Source: Paragordius varius (lineage: Eukaryota; Animalia; Nematomorpha). From it: 64,000 bases of DNA. Position 1 is the stretch's first letter. Each line of letters begins with the position of its first letter. Positions 44,101 through 56,514 of this stretch are shown here, one piece after another. Below the pieces are notes generated by a model. The model made no database searches and was not told the origin of the DNA. It worked only from the letters and a program-made list of their open reading frames with translations. Both the position numbers and the translations under genes were made by a program. The stretch spans positions 8,680,001-8,744,000 of the forward strand of contig OZ176055.1 in assembly GCA_964247055.1 (NCBI GenBank), read 5' to 3'.

Positions 44101-47100
44101 TCCTGTTGAAACTAAGGACCCTGGTTCCGGTGTCATGTTGTTCTAATTCTGGTTCGAAACCCTGAAAATAACCCATATCGGTTTATTAAAAATTATAAGG
44201 TATGGTATTTTATAAGTGATCCTAGGGGATAATTTACATAAATATATTATAATCCATACCATTTAATTAATACTTGTTAATTTACGTGAAAATGTTACAT
44301 ATTCCAAAAACATTAGGGTACAGGTATATTCATAAGTTTTTAACGGTTTTTTATTAACTTATAATTTAAAGGGACATTTATTTATTATATTTAAAATAAT
44401 TTAAATCAGCTGCTACACATTTCGCTCATATCCCATGTAGTGCATAAAACCACAGAAAAGTAGATTGATTGTGGCAAACCGTTCGTCAAGCCATTTTCCA
44501 ACTTTTTCAAACTTATAAAAGGGTTGCCCTGCGAAGGTGCGCCCCATTGATGCAAAGTTGTATAAGTCAAATTACCGGTCAGGAGAATCCAGTGAATTCA
44601 GAAAAATCGCCATCGAAACGAATTTAAAGTCTCTTTCACTGGTTTTGTTGTGTGAGACGAAGCATTGTCTTGCAGAAAAATACTTGATCATGTTTTCTGG
44701 CTCATTCCAATTATTATAGATAAATGCATGGTTTTAAGGTATTTTAGCGATAATACTGTATATTGACAATTTGACGGGATTTCAAAGTTTTTAATACACC
44801 TACTGATCTGGTCCCACCTGACAAAGATCATGGTTTTCTTGCCGAAGCGATTTGACATTATTGTGGATATGAAAGCCAAGATTTTTTCGCTATGAATTTA
44901 CAAAATAATTTTTATCACCCTTCCCAATTCGATGCAAAAATAAGTTTTTTTCGTGACTTTGAAGCAAGATTTTACAAATTACTTTATTTTCGATTTGGCG
45001 CTCATTCAACTTATGTGGGACTGATTTAAAGAGTTAATTGGTATTCCCCAATGTTTGTAGACATCTGTTGGTTTTTGTGAATCTTGTAATGCTGCTGCCA
45101 ACCACCGTTAAGCTTCAGTTGGATAATCGTCTAATATGCCTTTGGTTGTCTTTGCAGTTGTGCGATTTATTAGAGCGCCCACGCTCTTTCACATGAAATC
45201 ATAACTTATTTCGAGACCATGTTTTTTATATGTTAATCGATAGAGCATGTTCATCATATGTGTCTGCCAGCAAACGATAACTTTCAACAGGCTATATCCT
45301 GATGGCAATACTTGAGGCAAATATATTTTTTGCCATAAAATTCGTCACAATTGCTGATTGATAAAAAGACGCTAGTTTTTGGTGAAGTCTACTTGTGTTT
45401 GTTGTCGTTTAATGTCAAAAGAACAAATGGTATGTATCAAATCATCGTCATTTCTTTTCAACGACATCTTCTCTTACTTAAGCCGGTAATAACTTTGACT
45501 ACACCTGGTATGAAAACTTTTTGGTATATAATATCGGAATAATTTATGGAATTAGAAAACAGTTACAATAAATAAATTTCATATAAATTTGAGTATTTAA
45601 AATTTTTTATAAAAATATATTTTTTTTACAATAATTTTAACTAAAATTAATTAAATTTGAGCCATTTTACAAAAAATTGAATCGGAACCATTTATTGACA
45701 AGCAAAAAGCAGGTGCCAGAGTTTCGTTTGGAGAGTTTCGGAAACGCTTTTATAGAACTGAGTTAAAAGGGGAAAACGACTTCAGACTGAAATTAACTGG
45801 TGAATAACATTATTAATAAACAGTCTAAATTTTTTATATATTTATACATATTCAGGTACAACATGGTTGTCAGAATTAATATCGCTTATTTTATCAAACT
45901 GTGAACCAGATAAAATTGCCAATACCGATGTGTCTGAGCGTGTAATGCGTTTAGAAGGATCACCCATAGATCGTCTAAATGAGAGAAATGGTGATTTTAA
46001 AATATTCCACAGCCACTTGCCTTACAATATGTTACCCGATAATTTTAGCAGAGCTAAAGTAATTAATTTACAAAATATGATCAACTACAAACATTTATTC
46101 CAAAAGAAAAGCTGTAAATTTTTTACATTGTATGTCCTCTTTTTAAAATTATTTAGATTATTTATTTGGTACGTAATCCAAAGGATGTGGCTGTGTCCTA
46201 TTACCATCACCACAGAATGGCAAAACATTTGGGCAATTTTGATAAATCATTTACGGAATTTCTTAGCCTATTTATGGAGGAAAAGGGTGAGAATATGATA
46301 GCTTATTTTCTAATAATTAATAATTAGGATAATTGCTTAAATGATCCAGCATGTGAAAAAATAAACAGTAGATACTTAGGAAAATATTTAATTGAGGATT
46401 TTAAGGAGAAGTTTTTTAAAAAGTGTCTACGAATCCAAAAATGAATTCATTATAGATCAGCATATACCATAAAATGCTAAAATTATAAAAACTACAATAT
46501 TTTAATTAATCATGATCTTCTTTTAAATATTTCGTTAACAAAATTAATATAGTATGATTGTTTCATAATAAAGTTAAGTGAATTATTTAGATTTTGATAT
46601 AACTACAATATATTTTAGTTCATTGGGTATACATTAATTTATTTCTCGTAACTTGTATTTTTTAGTTTGTATGGGATCCTGGTTTGACCACGTGCAATCG
46701 TATTGGAACCACAAAACCAATATTAATTCATTATTCCTGCGTTTCGAAGATATGAAAAAAGTAAATATTTGAGGATTGATAATGAACATCAAATGGAGGC
46801 GTTAGATTGCAGAAAACATACCAATTGATTTGTATTGGCCATCATAACTGTTTCTCATTTAATATAGTTAACATATTTTTTAAAATTTAATCAATCTGTT
46901 AGCATTAAAAACAATAATCAATTAAAATATAAATGAAAAAAGGGATGAGTTTTTTTAGGTTTCAAATTTTTAAGTAAACTTGGAAATGGCTTTGAGAAGC
47001 AACATTAATAATATACCTCTTTACTAAGATAAAATCGTGGTTACAAAAATCATATCGTTTGATATTAAATCATTAGTAGCTATTCTCTCAGTGGCTGGTT

Positions 47101-48356
47101 ATCTTCTGAAATTAACCAGTCAAAATATAAACTTATGTTTATGTCGTAAAACATAATAATGAAAGAAAACTTAGATTAGAAAATTTGTAAAATAATTTTA
47201 CCAAATTTTAGTGCAATTCATATTAGTTAAATGTTATATAAATTTGGAATCGGTGTGCTTAATTTTTTATTTTTTTACAAATGTTGTATTCATAAAAAAA
47301 TGTAACCGTAATTATATACACTTCATGATTTAACCCTTTTTGACTGGGTCACTGCAAAGCGTGATGGGTAGAGCGACTAGAAACCCAATTTAAATTTTAT
47401 CAAAAAATTTACCACCATTTTATATATATTTACTAATTATTGCAAATATATTGATTTATTTATTTATAGGATTTACCCCATGTTATACGGGAGTTAAGCC
47501 AATTTCTTGATTTAAACGTAACTGAAGACCAAATAGAGCTTGTGGCAACCCACTGTTCATTCGAAAATATGAAAATTAACGCCAATGTTAACCGCGATAC
47601 AGTCCCATTATTTGATAAAAGCAAGAGTACGTTTATGAGAAAAGGTTTGTGAATATTGCTAAAGAGTCGTTAATATATACAAACTAAAGTAGAATCTAAG
47701 AAAATTTATTACTAATACTTTTATAATTTTTTAGGTATCACTAACTATATGTTTATCAAGTAAATCGATACTAATGCCATTTAAAAAAAAACGTTTTTTA
47801 ATAAGTACGAAATTAAGTATAGCGTACTTAAAATATACCGGAATAAAAAGAAATTAGCCATTTCTATCTTTTTGTTTAATTCTTTAATTAAATTCAGTTT
47901 AATACCGGGTTTATTACTAGTGAAAACACAGAAACCGTTTATTTATGGTTAACCAACCCCACGCGATTTTTATTTTAAATGAAATTCAATAATGTTAAAT
48001 GCGGAGAGCCTCACATTTATTGAAATATCCTTTTTAAAAAATTGAATGGCTTTAAGCACTCATATGCTATGATTGGTCGCAATCGGCATTCGAGTTGGAA
48101 ATTGTATTAGCCCAACAGTTTGCCCTTAAATATTTTTATAAATTTTTGTCTGCAAAAAAAATTACTGATACTTTTTTAAACCTTTTTTATTTTTCTAAAC
48201 AAAATAATTTTAAACATTTATAGCTTATATTTGGGGTTTATAGGGGAAATTGGAGATTGGAAGCACTACTTTACACCGACAGAAAGCGATTTGTTTGATC
48301 TGCTCTACCAATATAAAATGAAGAATATTGATCTTGATGATATGATTTACGAATAA
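41129..48356 (+). CDS. Cytosolic PAPS-dependent sulfotransferase (SULT1-like), 6 exons, ~309 aa
   Basis: Exons 41129-41342, 45856-46058, 46157-46286, 46666-46760, 47470-47644, 48244-48356 (930 nt). 5'-PSB loop TYPKSG|TTWL is split by the 4.5-kb intron 1. Also catalytic His in HSHLP, 3'-PB RNPKDVAVSYY, GSWFDHV, RFEDMK, FMRKGEIGDWKHYFT. Confidence 0.93.
41700..43750. repeat. Complex non-coding repeat (direct ~600-bp duplication plus inverted segments); relative at ~52520-53360
   Basis: ttaacacttgg..aaaatggcgycgaagtagtttgata..cccaatttgaatcg occurs at ~42085-42630 and ~42965-43500. 41930-42050 is inverted relative to 42760-42860. Shared segments recur at 52800-53300. Confidence 0.6.
44321..45508 (-). 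mobile_element. Degenerate mariner (Mos1/mauritiana-like) transposon in sulfotransferase intron 1
   Basis: Interrupted frames read ESYRLLADTYDEH, VPHKLNERQIE..FLHRI, NRFGKKTMIFVRWDQ, FASMGRTFA..KWLDERFA, collinear with Mos1 transposase. Termini TA-CCAGGTGTAGTCAAAG (45510 end) and TA-CAGGTATATTCATAAG (44319 end). Confidence 0.85.
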
Positions 48357-49196
48357 AAAAAGAAAATCACCCAATTCAATTTTAACCCTTACGATTTATG
48401 CAGATAATAACGTCTTTATAATATAAATAACATATCACACCTGTTAATATTTTTATTGTCCAAATTAATCACCCGCATTAAATGTATATTTTAGTTTTCC
48501 ACCATCAATTAAAATAAATATTTCCGGACCCACAAAATTAAAAAGCATATCTTTTTCGGTTATTACGTATTATTCAAAATTATAATTTATATTAAGATAA
48601 TCTGCTATTGTCTATTACGTTAAATAAAAATTAATTTGGTCTGGTCTCTATATAAAATTTTATACATTCTTTTTTTATTCTTCTTAAGGTGTGTAAATAT
48701 TGATAATAGCATTAAAGCAAGCGATGCGCATTAATATGTTACGTTACATAGTGACTAATTAACCTTTTAATCCCCCTACCCCCTCTCCATTTCTCTACTT
48801 AATGCTGAGCTAAAACGTTCAAGTTTAAATTTTATTGCATAAACTTGCTTAGAATAATAATAAAATGAAACATTGGTATTGACTACTTAATCGCTAATAC
48901 GATGGATAAATTATATTGTCATCACAATTAAAATTAAAACTGATTTTACGTAATTAAAAAAATAACATTGTTACTCTAAATGCATTTTTCGACCTTGAAC
49001 TAGAAGACAATCTTTCCGGCTCTAATGGCTGTTTATTGAAATAAATCTTACTCTATTTGCATAAATGGGTCATTTTCTTTTTAATTAATGTAAATACCTA
49101 CCTATTTTTAATAATGAATATTGTACTCACAATCTATAAAAGGTCGATGGATAACAACTTTAATTAGTTTGTAAAGTTTATGTGCGTGAGAGAGAA

Positions 49197-52100
49197 ATGG
49201 TTATAATCAGGGGATATATGATCATTGTATTCTTAATTGTGCTTTTATTAATTACACCTTCTAATGGCATCCGGATATATCCCTTTCTTGAAAATGAAAT
49301 TTTCAATCGCGAAATGTTTGCAGAGGAAATGCCGTTATGGAGAAAAAATGGTCATTACGAAATCAAGCGTTCACGGGGATTAGACGAATTGCCGATGAAT
49401 GATAATATTCAGTCTGTACCTGGAGCTAAATGCTTATCGATTCCAATGAATAAATTGGATTATTATATGGCTACCCTTTGGCTATTTTGGATTGGTAACA
49501 GTGATCCCGGTGACCATGTATTTTTCTTACCGGATGAAATGAAGTTTGTCAAAAATCCCGATTACAATCCATACATGGTACAGCAACTCGAAAAATTCAA
49601 GTCGGGTGAAAGTAATTGGCATAAAATACTGAATATACATAACCTTTTTAATCATCAGCAGCCAAGATCTCAAAAAGATCGTATTCGACGGTCTCTTCGA
49701 TCGCCATCATTGGATCCTTCGGAGCAGAATCTAATGGAAACGGTTTATGCCCTTTTATCTGACCTGAAGACAAAAAATGTTAAATACCGCAAAAATTCAA
49801 TGATCATTCAAAATCGAACGACCCCTTATGAAAGGTTTGAGCTTTTTTAACTATATAAATATATCATATTAAGGGTTTTCAATGGTGTTGCTTAAACATT
49901 TGGTGCCCGCTCACTGGCAGAGGGTTTTTGTGGAAAAAATAAGTAAAAGGATTAAACAAACTGGTAAAAGAGTTATTGGAATTAGTTTTGATTATGACCA
50001 ATTAATAAAACATTAATTTTTATATTAGACCACGGTTTTCAGGTTTAAATGAGCATTAGGGGTTTAAAATAGTGGCTCATGTCGGTATGTACAATAATTT
50101 AATTATATTTTGGTTAAAGTAGAAATTCATAGCAACTTTATTATATAAATTCTGTAAATATCAGGTGTAGTCATAGATTATAATGTTTATGGTAAAAAAA
50201 CATGTAATTTTGAAAGGAAACAATTATTTATTTTATTCAAAATATTTTATATCACTTCTACACATTTTGCCCATCTCTCTGGTAATAATGGAATTGACTG
50301 CCAAAAACCATTTATCATGTCTTTTTTCAGCGCCTCCAAAATTATGGATGCGCTGCTCTATGAGGGCTAGCCTCATTTGAGTGAATCATTAGTCAGATGG
50401 CGCTGGGGAGGAATGTTAAGCGGGTGCAAAAAAATTCCCATCGAAGTGTTTTTAAATAGCCTTTCACTGGTTTTGGGGTGTGAGACGGATCATTCTCATG
50501 CAGCAAATATTTTGCTATATCTTCTGGCCAATTCCGTTGTTTTCCCATTATAATTGGTTTAATCGGGGATAGTTTTGTGTATTCACTGTTTCACTGGGTT
50601 TCAAACGTTAATAATACATTATTCCTTAGCCTCACCAGACACAGAGCACAGTCTTCTTGCCAAAGCTTGGCAGGTGAAAGCCACGAATTTTTAAATTTGG
50701 ATATATAAAATAAAGCCATCTCTTATAACCCGTCCCAATTCGAAAGAATGATACTTATCCTGACGACATTCATTCAAATTGTGTTGGAGACATTTACCAA
50801 GTTTATTGGTCTTTTTCCTCGTATGCTATTGATTGTTTTTTGTGATGTAATAATTCTGATATTTTTTTTAAGTTTGAGTCGGGTCATCATCCAATAACTC
50901 TTGCCCTTTGGCGTCTTTGCAGTGTGTAATCTACCAGAGCGCTCACGCACTTTCACGTGAAATTATAACTTTAAATATTTTGAGACCATATATCATATAT
51001 GAGCGAAAGAAAACTTTCACCATATGTTTCTGCCAGCAAACGATAACTTTCAACAGTCTTTTTTATGGCAATGGTTGCAGCAAATTTTCCTTTTTAGCCA
51101 CAAATTCCGACATGATTGAGTGATAAAAAATTATAACGTTACTTGTGGTCAACTCAACTTGTAGGTGTTTGTCGGTTAATATCAGATTAACAAAATGGGA
51201 TATGTATCAAATTAATCTACCTTAAAATTCAATCAAAATCTCCGTTCACCTTCTAAATCTTTTTTTGAAGGAAATATGTATATTTAAGCGATATTTGGTT
51301 TCAAACAATAAAATTATAAGATGTAGAAAGAGCGGTTCCAACTATGTAATATATCATAGTTCGAGCAAGAATTAATAGTATTAAATTCGCTTTTGCAGTT
51401 TGCTGAATTTTAATATAATTTCAATGTGTTGAGAGCTTACATATAAACATTTGTAGGGCACAATATCGGCTTTTTTGCGTTGATATTAAGCCCACTGCAT
51501 ACACGGGTTTCAAAAATATTTAACTTTTGGAGTATAAAATTTATAACAGGCAATATTTTCCTTTTAGATATAATTTTAACATACTAGCAAAATAATTTGG
51601 TTTCAGGCATTTTGATTTAGTTAAAAATAATATTTAGCATGAAGTGGGCTAAGTTTGCGATTCAGAGCAACAAACACGATAAGTGTAGAAATATCTTCCC
51701 CAAATGATTCGTATTAAAATCATTACTATAAGAATCCTGATATTCTTTACCATATTCAAAACAACGACTTATATTCATTATAAAATAATAATAATTTAGC
51801 AATGCATATTTAAAAATATAATACCACAGATCAGTTTTTAATTTAAATTTCTAATTCGGTGTGTTATAGTACTAACCTTACTTATTTTATACGACGCCAA
51901 AACATTTTAAATTTAAATATTTTAGGAAATACCATGGGTCATTTTAAAAATATACGCTATGGTATTTTAGACACATTATCAAAAATTTTGATGTATTGTA
52001 AAAAAATATCCGGCATTTTTTCTAAATTTTTCATAGTTCATTACTAAAAAACTGGCAACTCAAATTTCACTGATAAAAATATATACAATTAACTAAATAA

Positions 52101-54844
52101 ATTAGCAGTAAATTTTGATATTAAAAATAAGCAGCCTTTGTTTAAATAGGTTGGGGCACTGAATTTGAGATTGTGCTATTTCAAAATCTGTAAAAAATAA
52201 AGCTGTTTGCTTTGTTAATTGATTGATTTCCAAAAAATCAATGTCAAATGGGAACTTAGCACATTCGACTCTATTAAGCTTTAACTGCTAGAGAAACTTT
52301 ATAATTATTAATTTTGTCGGACCCTTTATTTTTATTAACATTCTCCGTATGTTTGAACGCATTAATAACAACCTCTTCTGCAGTTAGTACGTCCGTCCAT
52401 ACAAACTGCGGAAATCGGGGAAAAAATAGCCATATGAAATATATATTCTGAGAAATGTATTAGGATTATCATGATCCTTCTGGTTTTAGTCATGACGAGT
52501 GATATAAGAAAGTTATTTATGCTAAGTGCTCCATATCAGAAAATGGCAAAATTTGCGCACATTATTTTAAATAACTTTTGCTTCATTCCAAAAAATATCA
52601 CTAAAATATATCATTAAATAAAAGAAAAACAATGTTTTCAAAAAATTGTGATTTTTAGATATGGGCTTTGAAAGTCCAAAATTTTTTTGCCCTTTCTAAA
52701 ATGAGCTAGTTCTCTTAAAATAAACGCAAATATGAAAATCCTAAATGTTAAATTTTGATATTAACTAAAACTGTTTTTTTTAAAAAAATGCATACTTTTT
52801 TTACAAAATTTAAATTTTTTGTTGAAGCGTAGTTCATATTTTGAGGCATGATGGAAACGGTTTATAAAGCTGTAAGATGCCATAAAAATACTTTTTGTAT
52901 ATAATTCGATGCATTTCTGTCACGTCAGAAATTGATCAAAATATTCGTTCAAAATTTTGAAGCAAACAAACTTTTAAATAAAAATTCTGAAGCGGAAATG
53001 TTCATCATCGAATTATATAGAAAAATATTTTTACAAAATCTTAAAGTGTTCAGTATGCTTTTTTCAAAAATATTTTTAGTTGATATCGACATTTAGCATA
53101 TACTATAATTTTAATGGCGCAATGCCGGCATATTTGCTTTTATTTTTAGAAAACTAGCCCACTTTAGGAGAAGTAATTTTGGACTTTGGGACACATCTAA
53201 AATTAAAATATTATAAAAATCTTGTTTTGCTTTTTATAGGTAGTTTATAATATATATTAGTGATAATTTTTGGAATAATGCATTTAGCTTCTACAAAAAA
53301 AATTATTTAAAAAAATATGCACAAATAGAGCACATACCAAAAAAGTGTATATAACTTTCTTATAACACTCGTAAGGTCCAAAAGCACCATGATAATCCTA
53401 TCAGAATATATAAATATATATATTTCATCAGATTATATTTCTGTTGACACTGTGTATATTGGATCCATAAATGAGACTTGTTATAATCGAACTGTTGATT
53501 AACCATAATTTCGTTTTTGTCTGAGTAAGAAATCAATGTTTGATAATAATTATGATTTAACCAAAAATTTAGCATAACTTGATGTGTTTACAATTTTTGA
53601 TATTTAGCAAAATGCACGTATCTAAGCGCTCATTTTGTCCTTGGATTTATGTTAACAATACGGACCATAACCGATGGCCCAAGCGTTTTATTGAAGTTGA
53701 ATGTATGCATAAAGCTGGCTCTGAATGCGGGACCAGTTATAGCGAAAGTGATAACACTAATGCTGAAAATGGGGTGTCGAGACCGCTTGCATTGAGCAAA
53801 AGTGAATGCCAGCCCGTATATTATGAAGCTAAAGTACTTTATGTACAGGTATATATTTTCTATTTTTGAAATCATAAATGGTTGATCTATTTTCATATAC
53901 TTTTTAATAAATTAATCGGGTAAGTATATCTCTATCTCAATATTTTGTACACATTACAAATTTTTATTGTTAGATATCCCTGTTTTAAATTTTTAATTAT
54001 GTTGAGATGTCTGGTTTTGTGTATTCTTCTCTTCTGACGACTCTCACCGAACACATATATTAGTTGATTTTAATCCATAAGTGATCCACTTATTAAATAA
54101 TTTTTATCATATATACCATTTACAGTTCAAATTCACCTATGAACAATTCAAATTTACCCTAAAATAAATTATGTATTTTTTAGATTAAAAACTACCTTTA
54201 TTTTATAAAATTTTTAAGATATGAAATTCTGTTTAAAATTAATTTAATGCTGAAATAACAATAAGATATGTCGTAAATATATATTTCATATTGATGAGTT
54301 ATATTATCCCGAAAACACATAGTTTATTTTTAGGGTGAATTTGTTCAGGGGTGAATTAAAACGAGGGTCAATTTGAATTGTTCAAGGGTAAATTTGAATT
54401 GTAAATGGTATATTAATAAAAAACCGGGTAACATAATCAAATTGAAAAAATGAAAGTCTCGCTAACTCCAACTATTTTTGAAATAACATGATTTGATCTG
54501 TCAAACACAACTTTCTTAATATACTTGTTCTATGTCAATATATTTAGCCGTGTGAACCCGCCGTACCTAAACTGTTAGATCATCGTTATGTTAGTGTTAA
54601 AGGCGATATGATATCCCTGAAAATGGCATGCGTTTGTACGTCAAAACGTACGCCTCTAACGCGTGATGAAGTATACATCAAGGACAAGGTTATTGATTGG
54701 AAAAAGGGTTTGCCAGGTACTGACCGGTTATTTTCTAAACGTGCAAAAAATGAAATTTATCCTCGATTTGGTTTGGCTGCTCCATCCCGACACATATATA
54801 ATGATTATGCTGATATGTCTATGCGAAATGGAGATGGGAACTAG
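49197..54844 (+). CDS. Secreted IL-17-like cystine-knot protein precursor with long pro-region, 3 exons, ~391 aa
   Basis: Exons 49197-49834 (phase 2; alternative ATG 49218), 53608-53848 (phase 0), 54548-54844; total 1176 nt. Signal peptide MIIVFLIVLLLITPSNG. Domain KRSFCPWIYVNNTDHNRWPKRFIEVEC..C..CQPVYY..VL..C..ACVC matches the invertebrate IL-17 pattern RSxCPW..DxNRxP..C..CxPxxY..CxC. Joining exon 1 to exon 2 rests on phase compatibility and the signal peptide. Confidence 0.72.
50161..51240 (-). mobile_element. Second degenerate mariner copy (IL-17-like intron 1)
   Basis: PSFGKKTVLCVW, SSPAPSD, LPERWAKCVESDIKYFE* with stops and frameshifts. TA-TCAGGTGTAGTCA terminus at 50159; the other terminus was not located. 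Confidence 0.85.
52520..53360. repeat. Copy of the non-coding repeat family seen at 41700-43750
   Basis: gttgaagcgtag..catgatggaa, gaaatgttcatcatcg..tcttaaagtgtt, ggacacatctaaaattaaaa, tagtttataatata..tagtga segments are shared. Confidence 0.55.
54112..54412. mobile_element. MITE family A copy (IL-17-like intron 2)
   Basis: tataccatttacagttcaaattcacc.. / ..gaattgtaaatggtata. Confidence 0.85.
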
Positions 54845-56514
54845 GAAAAATAATGAATATTTACTCTGAATTTTAAAACAATATGACTACATATATTTTT
54901 TGTTGTTTTTTAATTATATTTTAAATGTAACCATATAATTAATAAATTGTGATCATCGTATGATCAATAATTTTATTATTTTTATGATCCGTATATTTAT
55001 AGTAATGAGTATATTTTCGAATTTTGATTTCGTAAAATTAGACAAGTTGCAGTAACTTTAAACAGAAATGCGCAAAGCTAGTTAGCAAATATGATATTTT
55101 AAATATGAATTAAATGCCTATATGGTTTATAATATACGTGACACAAGCACTTAGTCCAAAAATTATAAGTGTTGGTTAAAATCTGACATTTTAGTCGAAA
55201 AACTTCAATTAACATTTGTAAGTAAATTTATTTTAAAATTTTGGGCATCGAAATTCGTTTAACCTAGTTTTTATTATTATAAAATTTGAAATATTGCATG
55301 CATAAATATTATAATATTGTATATTTATACTTCAAGACCTTTTTAAGGTAGTTGTATGCCTCCAGGCCATAATTTAAATATTAAAATATTTTTAGCATTG
55401 GGCCTATTTAATAATATGCTTGCTTTTGGCTTTTAGGCGCATGATACAATAAAACGCATTTTGGAAATAATTCTCGTCTCAAACTTGTTCGCCGCCATTT
55501 TTTTCTTATTTTCTCGCTAATACAACTGGTAAAAAGTATAATGTTATAAAATATAAATAACTAACTAAAAGCTTTATAAGCATGATATGATTTGCGACAT
55601 TTTTTAGGTTATCTATTGGGGTTTCTAGAACTTAAAAAACTGTATAAATTCTAAGTTTTATTAAAATGCAGGAGAGGGTTGAGTAATTATATATTATCCA
55701 ATACATTAAAAACTGTAGTTTGTTTTTTTTCAAGCATATCATCACATAAAATATACTCGTTAACATCTTTCGATTTATTTTAAGAAAAACTGGCTCATCT
55801 TAGAGGTAAAAATGAGAAAGTTTTACAGTTTTGCTTTTTTGTTTATGATATTTTTATTATGTTTATTGGATTGAAGAATTCAACTTCAAATAATTTTAGC
55901 CACAATCGGGGCTGATTTTGGATTTTTTGGTATGCTTCGTTTAAAATAAGATATTTCTTAAATGACTGCTGACCATAAGAATGCAAAACAAATTTCTAGC
56001 CTTACATATATATATATTGGTGGTTTGTTGCATAAAACGTAATATATCCATTGTTGTATATAAATGGGCTCATAAGTTTGCCAACATTAAATAAGCCTTT
56101 AGTGAACTAATGCTAAAAATATATAATCTAATAATAACATATTTATAATAACAAATAAAATGGGCTCTCCGAAAATCATGACGTGTTTGTTCAGGTGAGC
56201 AATGTAACATTTTCATTGAATTTTAATATTTTAAATTGGAAATTAATTTATGTTTAATCAATAAAAAATATTTTTTCTTGAATTATATTAGATCGCATCT
56301 GCGTCAACATACAAGGTCACATGTATCTCATTAATATTTAATTATATAAAGATCCATATATATATATATATATATATATAAACAGCTATTTTCAATTAAA
56401 TATGCATGGCCCCAAAATTGCTAAATTTAGTTTTTGAGGGCGTTTATAAGGTTTATATTGATATATCAAACATTTCCGACTATTTTTATTTTTTTAAAAA
56501 ATATTTTCAGCAAA

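Noticed and set aside
46328-46435. Short open frame in sulfotransferase intron 3 (DNCLNDPACEK..)
   Set aside because: Wrong phase for inclusion, ends in a stop, and has no recognisable homology.
54760-54844. Possible RFamide neuropeptide (NEIYPRF-G) in the IL-17-like tail
   Set aside because: The Gly is followed by Leu, not a basic cleavage site, so amidation is not supported.
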